In this document: positions 1 through 13,888 of the stretch, in pieces | How the letters are laid out: each line of letters begins with the position of its first letter | Numbering within the stretch: the stretch's first letter is position 1 | Notes under the pieces: model-generated | Seen by the model: only the letters and a program-made list of their open reading frames with translations | What the model was told of the DNA's origin: nothing | Database searches by the model: none | Position numbers and translations under genes: made by a program | From: Octopus sinensis | Taxonomy: Eukaryota | DNA length: 64,000 nt | Reading direction: 5' to 3' | NCBI RefSeq assembly: GCF_006345805.1 | Contig: NC_043019.1 | Span: forward strand, 30,627,360-30,691,359

Positions 1-299
1 CAAAATTAATTAAAACACACAGGTAATGTATTTTGTTAGAACTTGGGTTAAGATAATATAATCCACACATGACTTGTTTTATGATTTTACTTTTTTAAAG
101 AAAGTTCTTTTTACATTGTGCAGGCAGAGCTGTGTAGTAAGAAGTTTGCTTCCCAACCACATGGTTCCGGGTTCAGTCCCACAGCATGGCACCTTGGGCA
201 AGTGTCTTCTACCATAGCTTTGGACCGACCAAAGTCCCGTGAGTGAATTTGCTAAGATGGACACTGAAAGAAACCAGTTGTATAAACATACACACACAC

Positions 300-343
<44 letters not shown>

Positions 344-424
344 GTGTGTACTCTTTGCAACACCTGTCTGTGTTCAGATTGTCCTTGCACAGGAGCCATC
401 CGGCTAAAGATAATCTCAACTTAC

Positions 425-580
425 TTGTTTCATTGGTGAACATCTCTGTTCCGTTATTTTCCTTTTTGTACTTGGCTGAGATCCTCACTAAGGCGCCAAT
501 AGACATCACTTGCTTAAGAGCTGCCTCGTTTAGAAAGTCAGAGAGTTCAACAACTCGCTCTAGTGAAATATCCGTCATAC
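425..580 (-). CDS. ENPP: ENPP exon 17 (last in window; gene continues leftwards)
   Basis: atttccag|...|gtaagt; (G)[51 protein letters not shown] completes ADHGM. Confidence 0.9.
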
Positions 581-3500
581 CTGGAAATAATGAGAATTAA
601 ATAAAAAAAACATGGTAAAGGTTAGCATCCAGGAAATGACAGGCACCCTCAACTATACCCTGTTGTGTGTATGTGTGTACATGTGTGTGTGAGTGTGTGT
701 AAGTGTGTGTGTGTGAGTGTGTAGGAGTGTGTGTGTATGAATCAAATAGGATTTGACTACATCTCCATTTAGAGCATAGTTGAAGCTATCTTTTCGTGGA
801 AGAAGGTTTATGTTCCTATAACCTGTGTTAATTCTGTAATCCTTTAAAATGGAAGATAAGAAAGTTCATTTTCGGCACTTGATGCTTTGGGATCCAGACA
901 AAAATTGCTGCAGCTTGGCTGGGATGTGTTACCCCGCCCTCCATATTCATCAGATATTGCTACATCTGATTTCCACTTATTCATGTCTCTGCAGAATAGT
1001 CTTAATGGTAAAAATTTCAATTCCTTGGATGACGTAAAAAGATACCTTGATGAATTCTTTGCCATGAAACCACCTCAATTCTGGGAAGAGGGTATTTTCA
1101 AGTTAAAGGAAAGATGGAGACACATTGTGAAACAAAATTATTCATATTTGGTTGATTAAAAATGTCATGGCAAGTATTTATTGGCCTTTTTCTTTCCTTT
1201 AAAAATTGGCACAAACTTTCCAGACAACCCAATATTTGCATGATAATAATCAGTTAAGAAATAATTTCAGATGCTTTTGATAATTGGGAAAACTCACCAT
1301 GATCTGCTACAATGACGATGTCAATACAGTTCTCAAGTCTTTCTTCATATAATTCATCCATCAGTACTCCAATGATACTATCAATTGTTTGTAGAGCCTT
1401 AACAACCTGAGAAGTTAAAAATATATATTTTTGGGGTTTATAAATATTTGTTTAGGAATTTGATTTCATAGGAGTGGCTGTGTGGTAAGTAGCTTGCTAA
1501 CCAACCACATGGTTCCGGGTTCAGTCCCACTGCGTGGCATCTTGGGCAAGTGTCTTCTACTATAGCCTCGGGCCGACCAAAGCCTTGTGAGTGGATTTGG
1601 TAGACAGAAACTGAAAGAAGCCTGTCGTATGTATATATATATATGTATGTGTGTGTGTGTCTGTGTTTGTCCCCCTAGCATTGCTTGACAACCGATGCTG
1701 GTGTGTTTACGTCCCCGTCACTTAGCGGTTCGGCAAAAAGAGACTGATAGAATAAGTACTGGGCTTACAAAGAATAAGTCCCGGGGTCGATTTGCTCGAC
1801 TAAAGGCGGTGCTCCAGCATGGCCGCAGTCAAATGACTGAAACAAGTAAAAGTAAAAGTAAAAGTAAAAGTATAGATATATATATATGCAAGAGAGAAAG
1901 CTGACAAAAGTTATAATGGAGCAACAAGTGCTACATTCAAAGCCAGATGTGGAGCACATGTTCACTTTCTTATAAACAACACAACATTTTTATTGAGGCA
2001 CATTTGGGATCTAAATGAGAAAAATGTGCTGGTGGCACGTAAAAAGCACCATCCGAACGTGGCCGATGGCAGCGCTGCCTTGACTAGCTTCTGTGCTGGT
2101 GGCACGTAAAAAGCACCAACCGATCGTGGCCGCTGCCAGCCTCCCCTGGCACCTGTGCTGGTGGCACGTAAAAAGCACCCACTACACTCTCGGAGTGGTT
2201 GGCGTTAGGAAGGGCATCAAGCTGTAGAAACACTGCCAGATCAGACTGGAGCTTGGTGCAGCCTCCTGGCTTCCCAGACCCCGGTTGAACCGTCCAACCC
2301 ATGCTAGCACGGAAAACAGATGTTAAACGATGATGATGATATAAAGTGGGCAATGAAAGCTAGAATAACCAATTGCATTAATGATCCCAAGACATATTCC
2401 TGTCTATTGCTGAAAAGCATAGCATAATCACAGAACAAATATCTTACTTGACAGGAGAAATATGGTGATATTCATTTTTAAAAACAGTTCTCAAATGCAT
2501 ACATTGTAAACATCTGATGGTGTAATAACAACAAGAAATACATCATAAATATACAATGTTATAACCAATGGAATAAGGGATAAGACATTGCTCTGAGATG
2601 AAAACCTAAGAACCAACAAACTGTCTTCTGAAAATAAGAGTTTAACAACATTCCATCAGAAGGATATATTTAGCAACATATGATAAAACACAGACACAGT
2701 CAAGCCTGGCTTCAACGGAATAATTTAGAGAAACTAGATACAGCTCAAACTGAAAAACAGCATGACACCAAAGTAATAATATTTAGTGACATGAGAAAGA
2801 CTTGTCACAAAGTCCAAGTTGACACCAACAGAATAATAATTCAGACAAATTAGAAACAATAATGAAATCAACCGGTGAAAGCGAAATGACAAATGAAAAT
2901 GATTAACAATTTAACGAAACCGGATCTAACAATGAAATCTATCAGTAAAAACAAAGTGACCAACAAATTAACAAAGGAAAGCAACCTGACATTAAACAAT
3001 GAGATAGCACTCTAGCAGAATATTATCTAATGACTAACGAAGGAAAATGATAGCCATATGCAAAAATGAATCTGCTTGATTATATGAAATATTCAAATAC
3101 AATCTCTTGAACTGTCACCAAACGAACTGAAGTCATGACAAAATTAATTTACTTCAAATAAGCAATGTATCTTTTTAATCTTTTATCTTTTACTTGTTGC
3201 TGTCAGTAGACTATGGCCATGCTGGAGCATTGCTTTGAAGGGTTGTAGTGAAATGAATGCTTTGTGTTTTTTCCTTATGAAGGTCAATCTTTCATTAAGC
3301 TTTAAACTGTAGAAGTTATTTATATTTCTTGTTTCCACATCAAAAGCACCTGTGCTGGTGCCACATGAAAGCAACTGTGTTAGTGCCACATGAGAGCACC
3401 TGTGCTGGTGCCACATGAAAGCACTCAACCTGATTCTACATGAGAGCACCCATGTAGGTTCCACATAAAAGCAGCTGTGTTAGTGCCACATGAAAGCATC

Positions 3501-5345
3501 CATGCAGGTGCCACATGAAAGCACTCAATCTGATTCCTCATGAAAGCACCCATGTTGATGCCACATGAAAACAGCTCTGTTAGTGCCATATGAAAGCACC
3601 TATGCTGGTGCCACATGAAAGCACTCAACCTGATTCCACATGAGAGCACCCATGCTGGTGCCACATGAAAGCACTCAACCTGATTCCACATGAGAGCACC
3701 CATGCTGGTGCCACATGAAGGCAGCTGTGTTAGTACCACATGAAAGCACCAGTGCTGGTGTCACATAAAGGTGCCTGTACTGGTGCCACATGAAAGCACC
3801 TGTTCTGGTGCCATGTAAAAAGAATCCAGTACACTCTGCAAAGTGGTTGCTATTAAGGAAGAGTATCCAGCCATAGAAACCTTTTCAAAACAGACGACTG
3901 GAGCCTGGTACAGCTCTCTGGCTTGTCAGCTCCTGTCAAGCCATCCAACTCATACCAGCATGGAAAATAGATGTATGATGAAGATGATGATGATGATGAT
4001 GTAATCAACAGAGCCTAAATTTACAAAGAAAAATCTGACTGCATACAGGGACTCTTAAGGCAGACAACTGACCTGCTAAAAATACCAACCAAATTCCTCT
4101 CAAACCACATTGTATTTATTTATCAAAAAATGGAAAATACTCAGAAACCCGGGACTGTCTGAATCACATCAGGTTGACGATGGGAAGGATGGCTTCCCTT
4201 TGCAAATACTGATAGGGCACAGAAAGTGTGTCAATAGCCAGTTGGAGGAGGTGACCTCCTGGGGCTACAAGCTACAGTAGCATCCACCCTTAAGGGTTAG
4301 CCACATTTAAGTGGCAAATATACTTCACATTGTCGTGCAGCTACTGTTTATACCTCGTTCAGCAATTTATTATTGTAAATAAAGATATGAGTGGCTGTGT
4401 AGTAAGTAGCTTGTTTACCTGCCACATGGTTCTGGGTTCAGTCCTACTGCGTGGCACCTTGGGCAAGTGTCATCTACTATAGCCTCGGACTGACCAAAGC
4501 CTTGTGAGTGGATTTGGTAGACGGAAACTGAAAGAAGCCCGTCGTATATATGTATATAATATGTATGTGTGTGTGTTTGTGTGTCTGTGTTTGTCTCCCT
4601 AGCATTGCTTGACAACCGATGCTGGTGTGTTTATGTCCCCATCACTTAGCAGTTCGGCAAAAGAGACCGATAGAATAAGTACTGGGCTTACAAAGAATAA
4701 GTCCTGGGGTCGATTTGCTCGATTAAAGGCGGTGCTCCAGCATGGCCGCAGTCAAATGACTGAAACAAGTTAAAGAGTAAAAGAGTAAAAGAGTAACTGG
4801 TCAAAATTGTCTTTGTTATACAAAACATAAAGTATAATCGTAAACTAAAATGCTTTTCTCCAGAGTTTGGCTCAAACACAAAATTTGAAAATTCACGATG
4901 GAAATATGACAAAAAAAAAAAAAATTAATGAAAAAAAAAATCTCTTAAAAAACCTGTTTCAACAAACCTTTGCTGAATTAGGTCCACGTCTATGACCTGA
5001 TTCATCTGGTTGTTCAAAATAAAGGGCAACAAATCTCACTCCATTTTTAATCCATGCAACAGCTTTATCCATATTATCTTCAAAAGATTTCACCCTGGAA
5101 ACAGAAACAAGAAGTTTTCATTGAATTTTGGTTGAATTTCTGAAACGAGTAAATATCAGTATTATGTACATTATTTACATTATTTACATTATTTACATTT
5201 GACGGATATTTGTCCTCATCTTGTTTCTTGTTAACACAACATTTCAGCTGATGTACCCTCCAGCCTTCATCAGGTGTCTTGGGGAAATTTCGAACCTGGG
5301 TTCTCATTTCTAAGGTATTTTTCGATGTTATTATTGTTATTATTA

Positions 5346-5411
<66 letters not shown>

Positions 5412-5548
5412 TCACTGCCTGGAATCGAACTCGGGATCTTGGGGTTAATAGCCCGTGCTCTTAACCACTATCCCATATACCCGTGTGTGTTGTGGTTAAG
5501 AGCACGGGCTACTAACCCTAACATTTCAAGTTCAATTCCAGGCAGTGA

Positions 5549-5625
<77 letters not shown>

Positions 5626-7236
5626 TCGAAAAATATGTTAGGAATGAGAACCCAGGTTCGAAATTTCCCCAAGACATCTGAAGAAGGTTGGAGAGTATAT
5701 CAGCCGAAACATTGTGTTAACAACAAACAAGATGAAGACAAATATCTGTCAAATGTAAATAATGTAAATAATGTACATAATTCCCCAGCTCTTAAATATA
5801 GAACTGTATCAGTATTATGGCATGATGTCTTATCCTTCTGGGTGTTAATAAAACAAGGAAAACAAGGGAAACTATGATGTTTGTTTCCATGTAACATAGA
5901 TGCAAGAGTGGCTGTATGGTAAGAAATAGGGGCTTGTAATGCTGCTAAAATGACCCAGGACAATAACATGATTCATAATGAAAACATCAGGATTCTAAGG
6001 GATAGCATAGGATTCATAGGGGTAACAAATACATAGGACAAAAATGCAACAAACATACAAAAAAAAAGTACTCACGGAGTATATTTCTCATAATTATCTG
6101 GGTGATATTCTGCAAGAAAATAAAGGTGAAAAGTAAGTAGTATGTGTTTAACCCTTTCGTTACTGTATTCATTTTCAGGTGCTCTGTGTTCCTTTCAATT
6201 ACTTTAAATATAACAAAGAATTTAGTAAAATAACTTAGTTATCATTCAGCTAGTGTTAGGAACATAAATTGTGACTAAGGTTTGGTGGAAGATTTTAATT
6301 CAAAACTTTTGGAAACAAGACATTTGTACTCAGAGCCAGGTTAGTAATGAAAGAGTTAAGTTTATATGAGGTGTGTGTGTGTGTGTGCGTGTGGCGGGGG
6401 AGGGCTGAAATGTTACTGGTTTTGGGCAAAAGAAAATACAGGAGGATCAGTTATTTATGATTTTATTCAACATATTCCCCTCTCAGATTCACACACTTCT
6501 AGCAGCAGACCTTCAGTTTTTCTAAGTCCTGTAAAGGAACTTGGAATGTTGAGCCTCCAACCAGGCCTTTCTCAATACCCTTAAAGCCAGGAACTTTTCA
6601 GACCCACTTCATACACCCCCCCCCCACACAATCACACATAGAAACACACATGCACACACACACACACACACACCACACACACACACTACAGGTGCTGAAA
6701 AGTTCGTCAGTTAATTATGATTTTATTAAACATATTCCTCTCTCAGATTCACGCACTTATTGCAGTGGCCTTTTAGTTTTTCTAGGCCCTGTAAAAGAAC
6801 TCAAAAGATTGGGCCTCCAGTCAGGTCTTTCATGATACCCTTAAAGCCAGGAACTTTTGAGCACCCCCTCGTATGTATGTATATATATCAATCTATTTTT
6901 ATATATATATAAATATATGCATAGAAGCATGGCTGTGTGGCAAGAAGAATGTGACAAGGCTGGCCCTTTGAAATACAGGTACAACAGAAACAGGAAGAAA
7001 GAGTGAGAAAAAGTTGTGGTGAAAGAGTACAGCAGGGTTCACCACCACCCCCTGCCAGAGCTTTGTGGAGCTCTAGATGCTTTCACTCAATAAACACCCA
7101 CAATGCCCAGTCTGGTAATCGAAACCGTGATCCTATGACTGCAAGTCCACTGCCCTAACCACTGGGCAATTGCACTTCCACACACATACGCACATCCACA
7201 TATACACACATAAATATACATACATACATACATACA

Positions 7237-7271
<35 letters not shown>

Positions 7272-7272
7272 T

Positions 7273-7322
<50 letters not shown>

Positions 7323-8316
7323 AAGGATGAAAAGGAACACATGAGTTGATATATATGTAAAAAACAAGTCAGGATAGAAAATGCTAAAATAATTTTATAA
7401 AGAACATTTCAGTACCGGTTTCGGTCATTGAGACCTTTTCAACTGTAACAATTAAATAATTAAATTTAGAAAAATTAAAAGAAAAATTTTTTTAAAAGAA
7501 TATTTGTACAGTGTTCAAATATAAGTGGCATTCTCCTTGTTTCTGCCTTTCTCTGTCTCTCTTGTTTACTCTTGTGGGGTTCGAGGTCATATATTATATA
7601 TTCATATTGTTTTTGTGCATGCATGTATGTATGTATGAATGAATGAATAAGGAACTTACTCAGTACAGTACTTCCAGGATAGAGAGCTGCTGTTTTTATT
7701 CCATTGTCTGAAAATCGTTTCCAAATCTACAGAATAAACAGAGAAATTATTACTGAAGGATCCCTTCCCAAAGGAACAACAAAAACAACAGAACAGAATT
7801 AAACAAAACAACACAGTCTAAAATTCATCTTGATTTAGATTTAAAAAGTTTGATACTTATTCTATTGGCCATTTTTGCTGAGCTGCTTAGTTACAAGGAC
7901 GTGAACAAACCAGCACCAGTTGTCAAGTAATGTGTGTGTTTATGTTTGTGTACTAACACAGATTCAAAGACACACATGTATATGAATGTGCACATACATA
8001 CATATGTAATTACATATGTGTGTGTGTGTGTGGGAAACTAATTAGTAACTTGAATTTAAACGATGATGATGATGATGATGTATATGAAATGATATATATA
8101 TATATATATATATTCTGTGCCGGTGGCACATAAAAAGCTCCCACTACACTCTCGGAGTGGTTGGCATTAGGAAGGGCATCCAGCTGTAGAAACTCTGCCA
8201 GATCAAGATTGGAGCCTGGTGCAGCCATTTGGTTTGCCAGCCCTCAGTCAAAATCGTCCAACCCATGCTAGCATGGAAAGTGGACATTAAACGATGATGA
8301 TGATGATGATGATATA

Positions 8317-8356
<40 letters not shown>

Positions 8357-8740
8357 CAGAGTACATTTAAATACATAAGAGGCATCCATCATAGGACACC
8401 TTGCATTCTAGAAAGAACAGTTACATTCCAAACCAGCATTAGGGATAAAACTTTGAAGGGAATGAAAAATAAAAACATTTACCATCTAACTCCTGGACTT
8501 ATTTTAGCAAATAAAATAATTTGCTAGGGGAAATCTTCTTCTGCAGGTACACCCTAGATTAAACATATATGTACGAGGCAATCCAGTATATACCCCATGT
8601 ATTTAAATGTACACTGTATTTATATGAATAATATATAGTCTATTGACTAAATTTTTTATATGCTAGGCCACTGGTAGAAGAAATTTCTAATATTTCTTAT
8701 TACCCTTGATATTATTAATTATATATATATACATACATAT

Positions 8741-8786
<46 letters not shown>

Positions 8787-10400
8787 GTATACGTACACAC
8801 ATGCACACATGTATATGTTTTTATGTTCAGTTATAATACACACAATTTTACATTAATCTGATGGGTTACTCTATACTTTTGTAGAGTACAAATTTCTTCT
8901 TCTTAAACAAATATATTATGAAGAGTGACTGATGTCCAGTCGACCAGTTGAGCCATCATTGGACTGTAGTCTGATGGTATTTCAACTAACTAGAACTTCG
9001 AAGTCACTCTCAATAATATTCTTGTTTAAAAATAACACACACACACACACGCATGATAAGCTTCCACACAGTTTCTGTCTATCAAATCCATTCACAAGGC
9101 ATTGTTTGATCTAGGTTTATAGTAGAGGACACTTGTCTATAGTGACATGCAATGGGACTGAAACTGGAACCTCGTTGCTACAAGGCAAGCTTCGGAAAAC
9201 ATATAAGCAAAACATATTTTTTGAGTTGTGTCTGGGAAGAGTCATTTTCTTTTTGTGCCTTATAATGTAACACACTCACTGGTAATATCTGATATGGTCC
9301 CAAATAGGGACCATCGATATTAAACTGATTTTTAGAATGAGGCGAAGAGTTAGGGGCTTGCTCCGCCTTTGCCATGGGTTGGTCTGGTATAGCAATATTT
9401 CCAGGATTCAGCCCATTATTAGAGAGATGGTCAAGACTATTGAAAAGGTTGCAAGGCGCAACAAAAATTTTAGGAAAATATAAATAAGAAATAAGTGGAA
9501 ATTTTACCAGTGAGAGTGTGTTACATTATAAGGCACAAAAAGAAAATGACTCTCCCCAGACACAACAGAATATGCTTCAACACACAAACTCATATAAAGA
9601 ATCTTGCAAGCCAAATCCAAAAACGAAATTATTTTTTGAGGTTTAACCCTTTCGTTACTGTATTTATTTTGAGATGCTCTGTGTTCCTTTCAATTACTTT
9701 AAATATAACACAGAATTTAGTAAAATAACTTGGTTATCATTAAGCTAGTGTTAGGAACATAAATTGTGACTAAGGTTTGTTGGAAGATTTTAATTTAGAA
9801 CATATGAAAACAAGATATTTGTACTCAGAACCAGAGCTGGTTTCAGCCGGGTTGGTAACAAAAGGGTTAAAGTGAAAAAAAAATTTTTTAATAAATTTTC
9901 TATATTTAACCGAGTTATTTGCAGAATATTTAAATATCTAAGGAAGGTCAAACACCAATTGTTATAAGATATGGAATAAGAATTCTTCCTTACCGGTTCT
10001 GCATTCCACCACTTGCTATCAATATTACCTGTCTTGAAAGAGTCGTTATACTTGATATCAAACATGCGGTTGGCAATAATTCCATGAGTTTCTGGATAGA
10101 GTCCCTGTTAATTAACAAATGGCAATTAATAAGCTTCTAGAATTATTACGTCTTCTTTTGTTAATATTCTTTTATTCTTTTTATTGTTTTATTCATTTCA
10201 GCCATGCGGCTGCGGTCATGCTGGAGCACCATCTTCAAGAAATTTTAATCGAATGTATTGAGCCTAGTACTTATTCTATTGATCTCTTTTGCTGAGCTGC
10301 TAGTTGATGGGGATGTAAACATAACAACACCAATTGTCAAGTGGCAGCGTGGGGATGACAAGCACAGACACACACAGGTATGTATACACACACACACATA

Positions 10401-10448
<48 letters not shown>

Positions 10449-13400
10449 ATATATATATATATATATATACATATGTATATGTATGTATCTGTGTAGAGAT
10501 AGATATGTATGTATGGATGTATATATATATATGTTTATACACACACATACATACACACACACACACATATTTATTAACACATGCATACATATTTATATAA
10601 TGGGCTTCTTTCAGTTTCTGTCTACCAAATCCACTCACAAAGCTTTGTTTGGCCTGAGGCTATGGTAGAGTACACTTGTCCAAGGTGCCATACAGTGTGA
10701 CTGAACCCGGAACCATGTGGTTGGAAAGCAAGCTTCTTACCACACAGCCACATCTGCACTTTAAAAACAGATAATGGCTGTATTTGCATATTCCAAGAGT
10801 TCTCTCTCCTTCTTCAGTGCCTTGTACCTGGATGTGTCTTTGTTATCATTCCCAAGGTTCCTTTTATTTAAGGGTTTGCTTAACCTTTTAGCATTCAAAT
10901 TACTGTATTAAATGTAATGTTTATTTATTCATGTTGTTTGGAAGTAATCATATACAGGGTGTTCAAAAAGTCTCTCCACAGTGAATTTTATTTTCTCCAA
11001 GATGTATTTCAAAACAGGTGTAGAAGAGTCAACTTATGTATTGAAAATGAAGGACGACACTTTCAACACCTCTTATAAAGTTTTTAAAATCTTGTAAAGT
11101 CTAATATATTCTTTTGTAGTCTTATACCATCTTATAAATATTTATTTTGCAATAAAATACTTACTGTGGAGAGACTTTTTGAACACCCTTTTTTACCTTG
11201 TAGCCTTGAAATTTTAATGATGTGACTGTATATTCATTTGTCTAATATTGTAGGGTAGGTGTGAGAGGCTGGATCTGGCCAGTTTGTGCATAAAATCAGG
11301 AAGAATATCTTGCCTGGATAGGGCTGCTTTAAATGCTAAGAGGTTAATGTCTTCAGTCCTCACATTCTGGTTATCTCTATTTTCAGATCTTTATATTTAT
11401 ATGATTAATTACTCCATTGTCATGTCAAAACCTGAATCTTTGGACTCAGTTGTGTTCCAGTATTTTTAAAAAATTTATTTTTTGCCTCTGTGATCTTATG
11501 TATCATCATCACAATCATCATCACCTTTTTAATGTCCATTTTCCATGCTTGTATGGGACAGACAGAATTTATTGGGAGGTGTAGGAGTGGCTGTGTGGTA
11601 AGTAGCTTGCTTACCAGCCACATGGTTCTGGGTTCAGTCCCACTGCGTGGCACCTTGGGCAAGTGTCTTCTACTATAGCCTCAGGCAGACCAAAGCCTTG
11701 TGAGTTGATTTGGTGGATGGAAACTGAAAGAAGCCTGTCGTATATATGTATATATGTATCTCTCTCTCTCTCGCTTGACAACCGATGCTGGTGTGTTCAG
11801 CAAAAGAGACTGATACAATAAGTACTAGGCTTACAAAGAATAAGTCCTGGTGTCAATTTGCTCGACTAAAAGGTGGTGCTCCAGCATGGTCACAGTCAAA
11901 TGACTGAAGCAAGTAAAAGAATAAAAGAGTAGGTTTTCTACAGCTGGATGCTCTTCCTGTCACCAACCCTCACCTGTTTCCAAGTAAGGTGATATTCCCT
12001 ATGACCAGAAAATGCTTTTATGGAAGACTGGATATAAATGACACTGCTAACATAACAGTGGCACTTGTTTACAGCTATCACATTAAGTCAAGGCGAGGAG
12101 ACAGTAAAACACACACACATTTTTGGTACCTTACTGTACTGGTGCCTTGCTGTACTCAAGAAGACCTGTACTCTGCTGCAGAAGTGTTATGACTGGTCTC
12201 TCTGGTGGCGCAAAGTGCCCATGTGGTGTCATGTAAAAGTGCCTGTGTGATTTCACATAAACGTGCCAATGCAGCACCACATAAAAGTGCCTTGTGCAGT
12301 GCCACGAAAAAGTACCCTGCACGCTCTGCAAAGTGGTTGGCATCAGGAAGGGCATCCAGCCATAGAAACCAAGCCAAAACAGACCGGAGTTTGGTGCAGC
12401 TCCCTAGCTGGCCAGCTCTGGTCAAACCGTCCAACCCATGCCAGCATGGACAACAACCATTAAACGATGATGACGACGATGATGATGATACATATATGAT
12501 AGGCTTCTTTCAATTTCTATCTACCAAATCCACTCACAAGGCTTTGATAGGCCTGAAGCTGTGTGTAATAAAAGTCATTTGCCCAAGGTGCCACATGGTA
12601 GGACTGAACCCTGAACCATGTGGTTGGTAAGCAAATTTTCCATCACACAACCACACCTTTTCCTATAAGTAATTACATTAATACAAAAAATAGGTCTTGT
12701 TTTGTCTCATGAAAAATACTCACAGTGGCCATACTGAAATGATTTGGGAAAGTTTTTGATGGAAACGCTGGTTTCATGTAAGGGCTATGGACTCCACATT
12801 CTCTGAGACGACTGATTACAGGTGTAACATGTCTGTTGAGATAACTCACTCGGAATCCATCCAATGAGATGAATATTAAAGTTGGACCACTGTAATAAAG
12901 AAAATACATTTTAAATATTTTAAAAATCAACATTTATCTTTTATCTTTTACTTCTTCCAGTCATTGGATAACAGCCTTGCTGGATTACTAGCACTGAAGG
13001 GCTGAGTTGAACAAATTGACCCTGAAGGAGGCGAGCTGGCAGAATCATTAGCACACTGGGTGAAATGCTTAGCGGTATTTCATCTGCCGCTACGTTCTGA
13101 GTTCAGATTCTGCTGAAGTCCACTTTGCCTTTCATCCTTTCGGGGTCGATTAAATAAGTACCACTTATTCACTGGGGTTGATGTAATCGACTTAATTCCT
13201 TTGTGTGTCCTTGTTTGTCTCTTCTATGTTTAGCCCTTTGTGGGCAATAAAGAATTAAATTGACACTAGTATTATTTCAGCAGTCTCTTTTTTACCAAAC
13301 TTTTAAGTTACAGGGATGCAAACAAACCAAAACCAGCTGTAAAGTGGTGATGGAGTACAAACACACACACACACACAATGGGATTCTTTCAGTTTCTAAT

Positions 13401-13856
13401 TTCTTTATTGCCCACAAGGGGCTAAAGATAGAGGGGACAAACAAGGACAGACAAAGGGATTAAGTCGATTACATCGACCCCAGTGTGTAACTGGTATTTA
13501 ATTTATCGACCCCGAAAGGATGAAAGGCAAAGTCGACCTCGGTGGAATTTGAACTCAGAACATAATGGCAGATGAAATACCGCTAAGCATTTTACCTGGC
13601 ATGCTAACATTCCTGCCAGCTCGCCGCCTCTTCTTTCAGTTTCTGCCTATCAAATCCATTTACAAGTATTTGTTTGGCCAAGGAACCATGATAAAAGAAA
13701 CTTGCCCAAGATGCTATGCAATGGATCTGATGTAACAACTGGTGTGTTTACGTCCAAATAACTTAGTGGTTCGGCAAAAGAGACCGATAGAATAAGTACT
13801 AGGCTTACAAAAAATACAAATGACTGAAACAAGTAAAAGTGTAAAAAGTAAAAGTG

Positions 13857-13888
<32 letters not shown>

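Noticed and set aside
3340-3820. CRISPR-like repeat/spacer appearance (also 36900-37500, 58440-58660)
   Set aside because: Eukaryotic context, no cas genes, and the 'spacers' are themselves repeated; it is the RTE 3'UTR minisatellite.
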